Shown in pieces: positions 9,750 to 17,869 of a DNA stretch of 23,212 bases. Origin of the DNA: Candidatus Cryosericum sp. (GTDB taxonomy: Bacteria; Caldisericota; Caldisericia; Cryosericales; Cryosericaceae); NCBI GenBank assembly GCA_049699855.1, contig JBNAWM010000010.1:1-23212 (forward strand), given 5' to 3'. Position 1 is the first letter of the stretch. Every line of letters starts with the position of its first letter. The translations under genes were made by a program, and so were the position numbers. The notes beneath the pieces are model-generated. The model saw nothing but the letters and a program-made list of their open reading frames with translations, searched no databases and was not told the origin of the DNA.

Positions 9750-10631
9750 TCAACCCTTGACCGATCCACCCGTGATGCCCTCAACATAGAATCTCTGCAT
9801 CGAGATGAACAGGGCAACGATGGGGATGGAAACGAGAACGGCTCCCGCAGTGAACGTGGAGAAGTAGGTCGTGATATGTTCGCGGTCGATCATGTGGAAC
9901 AGGCCCAGCGCCACCGTATAGTTCTTGTACGCCGTTGGCCCCATGATCATGTTCACGAAGATGAAGTCCGCCCACGGAGCAAGGAAGGAGACAAGGATCG
10001 TGTACACGATAATGGGTTTGGAGAGTGGCATGGTAATGCGCCAGAAGATCTGGGCGCGGGTGGCGCCGTCGATCATGGCTGCCTCGTCCATCTCCTTGGG
10101 AACGGCATCGAAGAAACCCTTGGCGACGTAGAACCCCAGCCCTGCGCCTCCTGAATAGACCAGGATGAGGGCCAGCAGGGTGTTGGTCAGGCTGAAGGCC
10201 TTGAGAATGTAATAGACAGCGATCATGGACATGAAGCCGGGGAACATGCCCAGGATGAGTGCAATGTTCATCAGCGGCTTGCGCATATGGAAGCGCATGC
10301 GGGACATGGCATAGGCGACCGACAGGACGAAGACGGACGAAAGAGCACAGGTGCAGACCGCCACGAACAGCGTGTTCAGGAACCAGCGCGGAAAGTAGAA
10401 TCCAGAATCGATTTCTGCTTTCGAGAACAGATTGATGTAATTCTGGAACGTCAACCCATACTTGGGCCAGAAGTAGTTGGGGATGCCAGAAACGCCCTTG
10501 CTGAACGAGATTGCGATGATCCAGACGATGGGCACCAGCCAGATGAGGCACAGGACGGTCAGGAGAACATAGGCCAGGGTATTGCTCACGATGCCGCGGC
10601 CCTTGGCATGTGTATAGGCTCGAGTGCTCAT
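9750..10631 (-). CDS. malG: Maltose/maltodextrin ABC transporter permease (MalG/MalD type), 293 aa
   Basis: Multiple TM segments and the EAA loop EMDEAAMIDGAT; C-terminus MQRFYVEGITGGSVKG. ATG at 10631 overlaps the upstream stop (ATGA). Confidence 0.9.
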   Translation of the reverse strand: MSTRAYTHAKGRGIVSNTLAYVLLTVLCLIWLVPIVWIIAISFSKGVSGIPNYFWPKYGLTFQNYINLFSKAEIDSGFYFPRWFLNTLFVAVCTCALSSVFVLSVAYAMSRMRFHMRKPLMNIALILGMFPGFMSMIAVYYILKAFSLTNTLLALILVYSGGAGLGFYVAKGFFDAVPKEMDEAAMIDGATRAQIFWRITMPLSKPIIVYTILVSFLAPWADFIFVNMIMGPTAYKNYTVALGLFHMIDREHITTYFSTFTAGAVLVSIPIVALFISMQRFYVEGITGGSVKG

Positions 10632-12037
10632 TGGAAGGTCTCCTCTTCCTTGTAGGATTTCGTGTTGCGATAGGCAAAGAGCGACAGAACGGCTGAAATG
10701 ATGAAGACACAGATGCCGATCGCGGAGGCATAGCTGTAGTCGCGCGTGTTGACGGTCAGCTTGTACAGCCAGGTGACCAGCAGGTCTGTCTTGCCTGCCT
10801 GGTAATAGTTCAGACTGCTGGGCCCGCCACCCGTCAACAGGTAGATGACGTTGAAATTGTTGATGTTTCCGATGAACTGGGTGATCAGGTAGGGAGCGGT
10901 GACAAACAGCACATAGGGCAGGATGATCTTGGTGTACATCTGAAAGGGCGACGCACCGTCGATCGATGCCGCCTCGTACAGTTCTTTGGGAATGCTGATA
11001 AGGATCCCGCTGGTGATGAGCATGCTGTAGGGAATGCCAACCCACAGATTCACCACGAGCACGGTGATACGGGCAAAGGTCGCGTTAGTGAGGAAGGGAA
11101 GAAACTTGGTGGTCAGTCCCCACTGCTGGAGGGTCCCGTTGATGGGTCCAAAGTCATCGAGCATATTCCGCATGACAAGCAGTGAGACGAACTGCGGGAT
11201 GGCGATGGACAGCACGAACACGGTCCGGAACAGCCCCTTGAACTTGATGCCCTTCTTGTTGATCAGGATGGCAAGCAGCATACCGAGAAAGTAGTTTGAC
11301 GCGGTGGCGATGACGGCCCACACCAGCGTCCAGACAAGAACGGGCCAGAAGGTGCCGCCAAGGACGCCGCTGTTGGAGAACAAGCCTTTGAAGCTATAGA
11401 TCCCAGTCCAGTGGAACAGCGATCCAGGGGGCTGGTGCGAACTGTCGTAGTTGGTGAAGGCGATCAGAATCATAAAGATCAGCGGAAGGACCGTGAACAG
11501 CAGGACCCCGAGAACAGGCATGAAGAGAAGCGTGATATGGAACTTGGCATCCAGGTAGTCCCGCACTTCCTCGCGGACGCCAGGCAGGGGCCGCCCCTGC
11601 TGAACCAACTGCTGAGCATGGACGGCGGAGGAGACATTCCAGAAGTACGTTGCGATGAACCACACCGTCAGCAGAACCGCCGCAACGCCATACAGCAGCA
11701 TCAGCATGGAATTGTCTCCGGGAATGAGCTTTGGGACTTGCCCCTGCACTGCCTCGATGTGCTGGGTGGTGGTCCCCAGCGTACGCAGTCCAGCCAGCGA
11801 ACGGGCGCCGCTTGTCGCCATGTAGGCGATGAACAGCACCTCGCACGCAAGATAGTAGAGACCTTTGGCGACTTGTCCGCGTGACAGGTTGGAAAAGCCC
11901 ATGAGAACATACGACAGTCGTGTTTTGTGATCGCCTTCCTTGAAGCTCGTGACCAGGAACCTCAGCTGGGCGCCGAGTCTTGCGAAGACGCTTGCTGGGC
12001 CAGAACGTTCAGTGCCCTCCGAACCGTTTCCCTCCAT
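10628..12037 (-). CDS. malF: Maltose/maltodextrin ABC transporter permease (MalF/MalC type)
   Basis: ILIAFTNYD, NLWVGIPY, EAA loop ELYEAASIDGAS, GNINNFNVIYLL, TDLLVTWLYKLT. Confidence 0.9.
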   Translation of the reverse strand: MEGNGSEGTERSGPASVFARLGAQLRFLVTSFKEGDHKTRLSYVLMGFSNLSRGQVAKGLYYLACEVLFIAYMATSGARSLAGLRTLGTTTQHIEAVQGQVPKLIPGDNSMLMLLYGVAAVLLTVWFIATYFWNVSSAVHAQQLVQQGRPLPGVREEVRDYLDAKFHITLLFMPVLGVLLFTVLPLIFMILIAFTNYDSSHQPPGSLFHWTGIYSFKGLFSNSGVLGGTFWPVLVWTLVWAVIATASNYFLGMLLAILINKKGIKFKGLFRTVFVLSIAIPQFVSLLVMRNMLDDFGPINGTLQQWGLTTKFLPFLTNATFARITVLVVNLWVGIPYSMLITSGILISIPKELYEAASIDGASPFQMYTKIILPYVLFVTAPYLITQFIGNINNFNVIYLLTGGGPSSLNYYQAGKTDLLVTWLYKLTVNTRDYSYASAIGICVFIISAVLSLFAYRNTKSYKEEETFQ

Positions 12038-12084
12038 GATACACCGCCTTTCTTCCTGGCAAGCCCTTTGGCCTCATTGTACCG

Positions 12085-12132
12085 AGGCGGCGGCGCAGCT
12101 GAACACCTGCTGTGTCAGCCACGCCACCGCCT
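12085..12132 (-). other. Intercistronic 18-bp RNA stem-loop between the binding-protein gene and the first permease gene
   Basis: mRNA arms AGGCGGUGGCGUGGCUGA / UCAGCUGCGCCGCCGCCU pair fully on the minus strand; the three non-Watson-Crick positions are G-U. No U-tract follows. Confidence 0.75.
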
Positions 12133-12162
12133 GTTACTGCAGTCTGGGAATGTGCTGTTGTG

Positions 12163-13395
12163 TTATTGCAGCGCTGCCAGAATCTGCTTTACCATGGCGT
12201 TCAGGTCTGCCTGGAGCGTGGCATTGGTCGTCTTACCGGTTTCGATGCTTGTTCCAAGGGCAGCGGCTGGCGTCCAGTAGTTGCTGATCTGCTTGATGGA
12301 CGGCTGCAATGTGGCGTACTTGCCCTGCAGGGCATCAGCAGCAACCGCAATGTTGGACGAGAGCGTCGAAGGATCGATCGTGATGTTCGTCGGGGCATAG
12401 CTTCTGGTTTGGAAACGCAGCAGCTGATTGTCCTTGTTGGTCAGCCATTCTGCAAGAGCCATGGCATCGGCGGCCGACTTCGTGTGCGAGTTGACGCCGT
12501 AGAGCTTAAAGTTGGCAAAGGAACCCATGTTGACCGTCGACCCGTTCAGCACGATGGTGGGCAGCTTGGTTGCGCCGTAGTCCGATCCAAGAGCAGCCTG
12601 AATCTTGGTGGCATTCCAGGTTCCCGAGACGGCCGTGGCAAGCTTGCGGTCCGTGAAGTTCTGGCACATGGTGGAATCGTAATTGGCACCATAGTCGGCA
12701 AATTTCTTCTTGTCCGCAGCAAGCTTGATCATGTACTGGCCAGCAGCAAGGCCGCCGGCGTTGTTGAAGTCACAGACGGTGGGGTCGGTGCCCGTGTCGC
12801 CGAACAGCTTGCATCCGGCGGCAAAGAAGAACGATGCGATGTACCAGCCATTGCTCAGGTTCATGGCAAAGTTGGTGACACCGGTGGGCAGAGCCTTGCC
12901 CATGATGGTCTCAAGTGAACCAGCTTCCGCATCAGAAATGTACTTCTTGTCATAGTAGAGGAAATACGTGTCGGCTGACGACGGATAGGCCATCAGCTGG
13001 CCATTCACTGTGGCGGCAGTCACCGAGGCGGGCGAATTGGCTGCTTTGATGGCGTCCGTATCGACGGTGACGGGCAGCAGAGCGCCCGCTCCCTGCAGAG
13101 CGGCGATCTGGTCGCTTGCAAACGCAAAGACATCAGCTGCCGCGTCCAGGTCTTTCAGTACCGTGTCTTTGGCGACATCCTCGCCGCAGACGCCGAGTGT
13201 GATCGTGTAATCCTTGTCAGGATGAGCCGCCTTGAATGAATCGGCCATTGTCTGCAGCATTGCCTGGTCATCCTGTGATCCCCACAGCGTCAAGGCAACG
13301 ACTGGTTTCGCTTTGGGTGCGCAGCCGGCGACCAGCGTCACGGTCATCGCAACTGCCAGGACGAGCGCAAGAACCCTCTTCATGCTTCTGAACAT
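12163..13395 (-). CDS. Sugar (maltodextrin) ABC transporter solute-binding lipoprotein, 410 aa
   Basis: ATG at 13395 after AGAGGAGG; signal MKRVLALVLAVAMTVTLVAG-C with lipobox; AADVFAFASDQ, LYYDK, SGTWNA, YGATKLPT typical of family-1 sugar-binding proteins. Confidence 0.92.
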   Translation of the reverse strand: MFRSMKRVLALVLAVAMTVTLVAGCAPKAKPVVALTLWGSQDDQAMLQTMADSFKAAHPDKDYTITLGVCGEDVAKDTVLKDLDAAADVFAFASDQIAALQGAGALLPVTVDTDAIKAANSPASVTAATVNGQLMAYPSSADTYFLYYDKKYISDAEAGSLETIMGKALPTGVTNFAMNLSNGWYIASFFFAAGCKLFGDTGTDPTVCDFNNAGGLAAGQYMIKLAADKKKFADYGANYDSTMCQNFTDRKLATAVSGTWNATKIQAALGSDYGATKLPTIVLNGSTVNMGSFANFKLYGVNSHTKSAADAMALAEWLTNKDNQLLRFQTRSYAPTNITIDPSTLSSNIAVAADALQGKYATLQPSIKQISNYWTPAAALGTSIETGKTTNATLQADLNAMVKQILAALQ

Positions 13396-13571
13396 ACATC
13401 CTCCTCTTCTCTGTTGTACAGAGTGTGCCATGTGAAACAACTGATCCGACATTCCCGTATCATGCTGAAAACGTCCAAATAACGATAGTCATCCGCAGCG
13501 CATCAGACTGCCTGTCGCTCTCACCTCCCCTGGCCAGGCCGCCTCGATCCCGAAAGCGCCCGGCAGACCCT

Positions 13572-13587
13572 GCAAGGTGTTCCTTGC
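13572..13587. promoter_or_regulatory. Palindromic candidate operator GCAAGG-TGTT-CCTTGC at the predicted start site of the maltodextrin operon
   Basis: Perfect 6-bp inverted repeat with a 4-nt spacer, beginning 7 nt downstream of the predicted -10 box. Confidence 0.45.
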
Positions 13588-13593
13588 TTTGAC

Positions 13594-13621
13594 GTTATAG
13601 CCCAAAATTCTTTCTGGTCAA
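13594..13621 (-). promoter_or_regulatory. Sigma70-type promoter of the maltodextrin operon
   Basis: TTGACC (13621-13616), 16 bp, TATAAC (13599-13594) on the minus strand. Confidence 0.65.
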
Positions 13622-13762
13622 TCGGCACTGGGTCGTTTGGGAAGAAGGCGTGACTTGGACCTCCAGCAGGTGAAGCACTGCGTGCACGGAAGAGGTGACA
13701 TCAAGTTGTGAGACCTCTTCTGGACGGTTCGCATCGGGACTGCCCATCCCTGAAGACATTAA

Positions 13763-13790
13763 TTGACTGCTTTGCATGGCCTTCTATACT
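13763..13790 (+). promoter_or_regulatory. Sigma70-type promoter of the beta-propeller GH/MFS/GH2 operon (leaderless geometry)
   Basis: TTGACT (13763-13768), 16 bp, TATACT (13785-13790); ATG follows after only 6 nt, with no Shine-Dalgarno sequence. Confidence 0.72.
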
Positions 13791-13796
13791 GGCAGC

Positions 13797-14783
13797 ATGA
13801 CAATTCAAGAGTTCCTTGCGCTGGACTGGCACCTGCTGAAGGACGAACCTCTGATTCGGCCGCCCGGCCGGTTTGCAGGACCGATCGTGGCAGACCCGAC
13901 GTTTTCTGGTCCAGATACCTCACCTGACGGGCGGTGGCATCTGTTTGCGCATACCATCCACGGGATTGAGCATTTTGTATCGGATGATGGAGAGACATGG
14001 GCGCATGCAGGCAGAGTCACCGGGCAGGGGATGCGGGCATATCTCGTCCTGCATGAGGGGGTGTACTTCCTGTTCTATGAACAGCCGCGTTTTCGGTATG
14101 CCGATATCATGTCCCTGTTGCATGTTCGGTGGCATTCGCGCATCGTCGTCATCACGTCGCCAGATCTGGTTTGCTGGTCTGCGCCAGAGACTGCCCTCGA
14201 ACCCTCGCTTTCATGGCACATGGCCGCTCCGTATGGCGAATCTGTCTCCAATCCCTGCGTTGTCAGCGCTGGCGACAAGTGGCTGCTCTACTACAGCGCA
14301 GGGCTGACCCATGTAGCGGACTGCGGATTCGAAGAGCCAACGTTTGTAGGTGTTGCTGTTGCAGACAGCATCAAAGGACCGTTCGTCCCGCTTCCCGAGC
14401 CCATATTGTCGCCCGATCCCAACGCGCCCACCTGCAACCTGTGCTGCGGTTCGATCAAGGTGATGAAGCTGGAGGATGGTTTCGCAGGCGTACAGAATGG
14501 CATCTACGTTGGCAGAAACGGGAAGTCTGGATCGGCGCTGCTGCGTCTCACATCGAGGGATGGTTTCCATTTTGACTATGTGGATCGTCAGCACCCGTTC
14601 TTTGGCCCGAACGAGGTGGGAGGCGGCTGGATGCGGTCTCATGTGTATGCCTGCGATTTCCGGCCGGTTCCGGCCATGAACGCTTGGTATCTCTATTTCA
14701 ACGCGCGCAATGATTGGTCCTGGACGCGCGGTCGTGAACGTATTGGTTGCCTGACGGTTCGGATGCGGCCGCAGGACATGTAA
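13797..14783 (+). CDS. Five-bladed beta-propeller glycoside hydrolase (GH43/clan GH-F/GH-J-like), 328 aa
   Basis: IVADPTF...PDGRWHLFAH, SPDLVCWS, VSNPCV...WLLYYSAG, GVAVADSIKGPF, WYLYFNAR blade motifs; no signal peptide. Start moved from 13776 to 13797 because 13776 lies inside the promoter. Confidence 0.78.
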   Translation: MTIQEFLALDWHLLKDEPLIRPPGRFAGPIVADPTFSGPDTSPDGRWHLFAHTIHGIEHFVSDDGETWAHAGRVTGQGMRAYLVLHEGVYFLFYEQPRFRYADIMSLLHVRWHSRIVVITSPDLVCWSAPETALEPSLSWHMAAPYGESVSNPCVVSAGDKWLLYYSAGLTHVADCGFEEPTFVGVAVADSIKGPFVPLPEPILSPDPNAPTCNLCCGSIKVMKLEDGFAGVQNGIYVGRNGKSGSALLRLTSRDGFHFDYVDRQHPFFGPNEVGGGWMRSHVYACDFRPVPAMNAWYLYFNARNDWSWTRGRERIGCLTVRMRPQDM

Positions 14784-14799
14784 GTCAAGGAGAGTACCC

Positions 14800-16080
14800 A
14801 TGAGCAAGTTCAGTGTGAAGACGTGGGCGGCGCTGGCCCTGCTGGGCATGGCCGGGCAGCTGGCCTGGGTTGTGGAGAACCTGTGGTTCAATGGCTATGT
14901 AACCGCCGTTACAGGTGCTCGTGCGGTAGATGCCATCGCGTGGATGGTCGCAGTTTCAGCTGCGACGGCGACGCTGACAACCATGATCATCGGGACGCTC
15001 TCGGATCGCGTGAGGCGCCGCAAGCCCTTCATCGTCTTTGGATACGTCATCTGGGGGATCACGACAGCACTGTTTCCCTTCGTGACCGTACTGCCATCCT
15101 CGCTCCTCGTGGTCGGTATCGTGGTTGCCGATGCCGTGATGACGTTTTTTGGGTCCACCGCCAACGATGCTGCGTTCAATGCATGGGTCACGGATATCAC
15201 CCCGTCGGTCAAGCGCGGCCGGGTCGAGGGGGTCCTGTCGGCCCTTCCCCTGTTTGCTATTATTATCACGTCGGTCCTGGCAGGTATCATGACTAAAACG
15301 ACTGGCGAGGGATACATCCCCTTCTTCCTCCTGATCGGTGGATTTGTCACCCTTTCGGGTATTGTCAGTGTATTCCTCATCCGGGACGATCCTCGGCTGG
15401 TCGGCATGGGAAAGGGAGATGACGAACAGTTCACTGTCCAGTTCTTCAGGGTCTTCCGCCTGAGCACCATTCGACAGCATCCTGAGTTGTTTCTTGTGCT
15501 GTCTGCAATTTTCCTGACTGGTTTTGGCGATCAAATCTACACGCCGTATGTCATTCCATATATGACCGGCTATCTCGGGCTGAGCCAATCAGAGTTCACG
15601 ATGATTCTCGCAACCGGCATGCTGGGTGGAGGCATCCTCTCGTTCTTCCTGGGGGTTCTGGCAGACAAGTTCCCCAAGCGGAAGCTCGCCCTGATCACGC
15701 CAATCCTTCAAGCGCTTGCCATGTACAGCATGTCTGTGGCGCACGGCAAGCTGGAGCTTATCCTGGCATTTCTGGTCATGACCGCCGGAACGACGTTCAG
15801 CGCTATCGTCATTACGGCAATGGCACGTGATCTCATGCCGCCGGACCAGGTTGGCCAGTTTCAGGGTGTTCGCATGATCTTCTATGTGGCACTGCCGATG
15901 ATGACCGGCCCATTTGTCGGCAACTACGTGATCAAGACACTGGGCGTGTTCAGAAATGGGCAGCACCTGCCCGGACCCTCGCTCTTCTCTATTTCTGCCG
16001 GCGCCTTGCTGTTGACCATCATCCCGGTCATTCTCCTCAATCTGCGACACAGGCGCCGCAAGCTGTATAGATGGGCATGA
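14800..16080 (+). CDS. MFS transporter
   Basis: About 12 hydrophobic segments; MFS motif A GTLSDRVRRRK and its repeat GVLADKFPKRK; AAGGAG RBS. Confidence 0.93.
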   Translation: MSKFSVKTWAALALLGMAGQLAWVVENLWFNGYVTAVTGARAVDAIAWMVAVSAATATLTTMIIGTLSDRVRRRKPFIVFGYVIWGITTALFPFVTVLPSSLLVVGIVVADAVMTFFGSTANDAAFNAWVTDITPSVKRGRVEGVLSALPLFAIIITSVLAGIMTKTTGEGYIPFFLLIGGFVTLSGIVSVFLIRDDPRLVGMGKGDDEQFTVQFFRVFRLSTIRQHPELFLVLSAIFLTGFGDQIYTPYVIPYMTGYLGLSQSEFTMILATGMLGGGILSFFLGVLADKFPKRKLALITPILQALAMYSMSVAHGKLELILAFLVMTAGTTFSAIVITAMARDLMPPDQVGQFQGVRMIFYVALPMMTGPFVGNYVIKTLGVFRNGQHLPGPSLFSISAGALLLTIIPVILLNLRHRRRKLYRWA

Positions 16081-17843
16081 ATCAGTGGAGACCGTCTGGC
16101 AATCAGATCAGGACGCGGTGGGCGCGTGACGTCGACCCGGGAGCGCCACTGCCGGAATACCCACGACCACAGCTGGTTCGCACGGACTGGATGAACCTCA
16201 ATGGTCTGTGGTCCTATGCCATTACCCATGGAGAATGTCCGGCGACGTATGAAGGCCAGATTCTGGTACCGTTTGCAGTCGAGTCCTCTCTTTCGGGTGT
16301 GGGCAGAGCGCTGCATCCCGATGAAACACTGTGGTATGCAAGGACATTCGCCATTCCGTCAACTTGGGCTGGCCGGCGCGTGCTGCTGCATTTCGGTGCT
16401 GTCGACTGGTCGGCTGCTGTGGTGCTGAATGGACATGTGCTGGGGAAGCATCGTGGCGGCTATCTGCCGTTCTCGTTTGACATAACGTCGTTTCTCGTTG
16501 AGGGAACAAACGAACTGGTCGTCCAGGTGCAGGATCCCACGGACACGGGGCCGCAGCCACGTGGAAAGCAGGCCCTTCACCCCAGGGGAATCCTCTACAC
16601 TGCCATTTCGGGAATCTGGCAGACTGTGTGGCTTGAGCCCGTGCCGGAGTGTCATATCGAATCGGTCACGGCAACACCGGATGTCGAAGCAGAGATGGTG
16701 TCCATCCTGGTGGTGACCACGGGTGTGGCGCGTGTTGCCATCACTGTGCGAGATGGGGACCGGGTGGTTGCGCAGTGTACCGGGGTTGCAGGGACGCCCA
16801 TTTCTGTGAAGATGCCAGAGGCCCGGCTGTGGTCGCCTGATGACCCGCATCTTTATGACCTCGACGTGGGAATTCCGGGGGGAGACAAGGCCAGCTCCTA
16901 CTTTGGCATGCGGTCGTTCGGGGTTGTTCGTGATGCGACAGGGCACCAGCGGCTGACCCTGAATGGCAACGTGTTCTTCCAGCATGGGCTTCTGGATCAG
17001 GGGTACTGGCCGGACGGCCTGTATACGGCACCGACCGATGAGGGACTCTGCTACGATATTGAACTGGCGCGGCGTCTGGGCTTCAATATGATCCGCAAAC
17101 ACATGAAAATTGAACCGCTGCGCTGGTACTATCACTGCGACCGTCTGGGTATCATTGTCTGGCAGGACATGCCCAGTGGAGGTAATGCCATCAACCAGAT
17201 GTGGCTGGGCATCCTTGCGCTTGCGGGCCTTCGCCTGCGCGACGACAGCGTACGGGCAAGGAGCAGGCTGGGGCGCGGGAATGATGGCGTGCGCCGGGAC
17301 TTTGTGGACGAGTTGAGCCAGTTGATTGACCACCTGAAAGGCGAGACCTGCGTTGCCTGCTGGGTGCCGTTCAATGAAGGCTGGGGCCAGTTTGATGCCT
17401 CAGCAACAGCCATGCTGGTCAAGCGACAGGACCCGTCCCGACTTGTCGATCACGCAAGTGGCTGGTTTGACCAGGGCGGCGGGGATCTGTCCTCTGTTCA
17501 TCGTTATATCCTGCGCCTTGGCCTTCCCCGAAGGACACATGGGCGCTGTTTCGTGCTTTCTGAATATGGCGGTTACAATTTGCAGGTACCTGGCCACGTC
17601 TGGCGATTTGACCGAGCCTTTGGATACCGTCACTTCGCGTCACGTGAACAGCTGTTGAAGGCATACAGATCACTTATTGAGAAACAGCTGAAACCGTTGA
17701 TCAGGCATGGCTTGAGCGCTGCGGTGTATACGCAGACGACGGATGTCGAGCAGGAAACGAATGGTGTCATCACCTATGACCGTGAGATCATCAAACTTGA
17801 TGAGGACACCATTCGTCGCATCAACACAAGTGTCTGGCGTTGA
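16077..17843 (+). CDS. Glycoside hydrolase family 2
   Basis: PEYPRPQL, NLNGLW, LHFGAVDW, SGIWQTVWLE, LDQGYWPDGLYTAP, WVPFNEGWGQF (acid/base Glu), LSEYGG (nucleophile), YTQTTDVE. ATG at 16077 overlaps the MFS stop (ATGA); alternative start 16071. Confidence 0.93.
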   Translation: MNQWRPSGNQIRTRWARDVDPGAPLPEYPRPQLVRTDWMNLNGLWSYAITHGECPATYEGQILVPFAVESSLSGVGRALHPDETLWYARTFAIPSTWAGRRVLLHFGAVDWSAAVVLNGHVLGKHRGGYLPFSFDITSFLVEGTNELVVQVQDPTDTGPQPRGKQALHPRGILYTAISGIWQTVWLEPVPECHIESVTATPDVEAEMVSILVVTTGVARVAITVRDGDRVVAQCTGVAGTPISVKMPEARLWSPDDPHLYDLDVGIPGGDKASSYFGMRSFGVVRDATGHQRLTLNGNVFFQHGLLDQGYWPDGLYTAPTDEGLCYDIELARRLGFNMIRKHMKIEPLRWYYHCDRLGIIVWQDMPSGGNAINQMWLGILALAGLRLRDDSVRARSRLGRGNDGVRRDFVDELSQLIDHLKGETCVACWVPFNEGWGQFDASATAMLVKRQDPSRLVDHASGWFDQGGGDLSSVHRYILRLGLPRRTHGRCFVLSEYGGYNLQVPGHVWRFDRAFGYRHFASREQLLKAYRSLIEKQLKPLIRHGLSAAVYTQTTDVEQETNGVITYDREIIKLDEDTIRRINTSVWR

Positions 17844-17869
17844 GCCTTCGCTTTTGCCGAGGGAGAGGT

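Noticed and set aside
9722..9817. N-terminal extension of GH13 ORF 8171..9817
   Set aside because: Overlaps the end of malG; the RBS and family pattern support ATG 9721.
10632..11045. N-terminal extension of the 431-aa ORF 9750..11045
   Set aside because: Overlaps malF out of frame; the ATGA-coupled start at 10631 gives a normal-sized permease.
2938..13395. Acarbose-type biosynthetic cluster (ABC transporter, amylases, transferase)
   Set aside because: No cyclitol synthase, kinase, aminotransferase or NDP-sugar genes; the content fits catabolism.
13396..13452. N-terminal extension of the binding-protein ORF
   Set aside because: A strong AGAGGAGG RBS precedes ATG 13395 and the signal peptide starts there.
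17844..17869. Bidirectional terminator between GH2 and trpB
   Set aside because: Only a weak 6-bp stem with no flanking U/A tracts.
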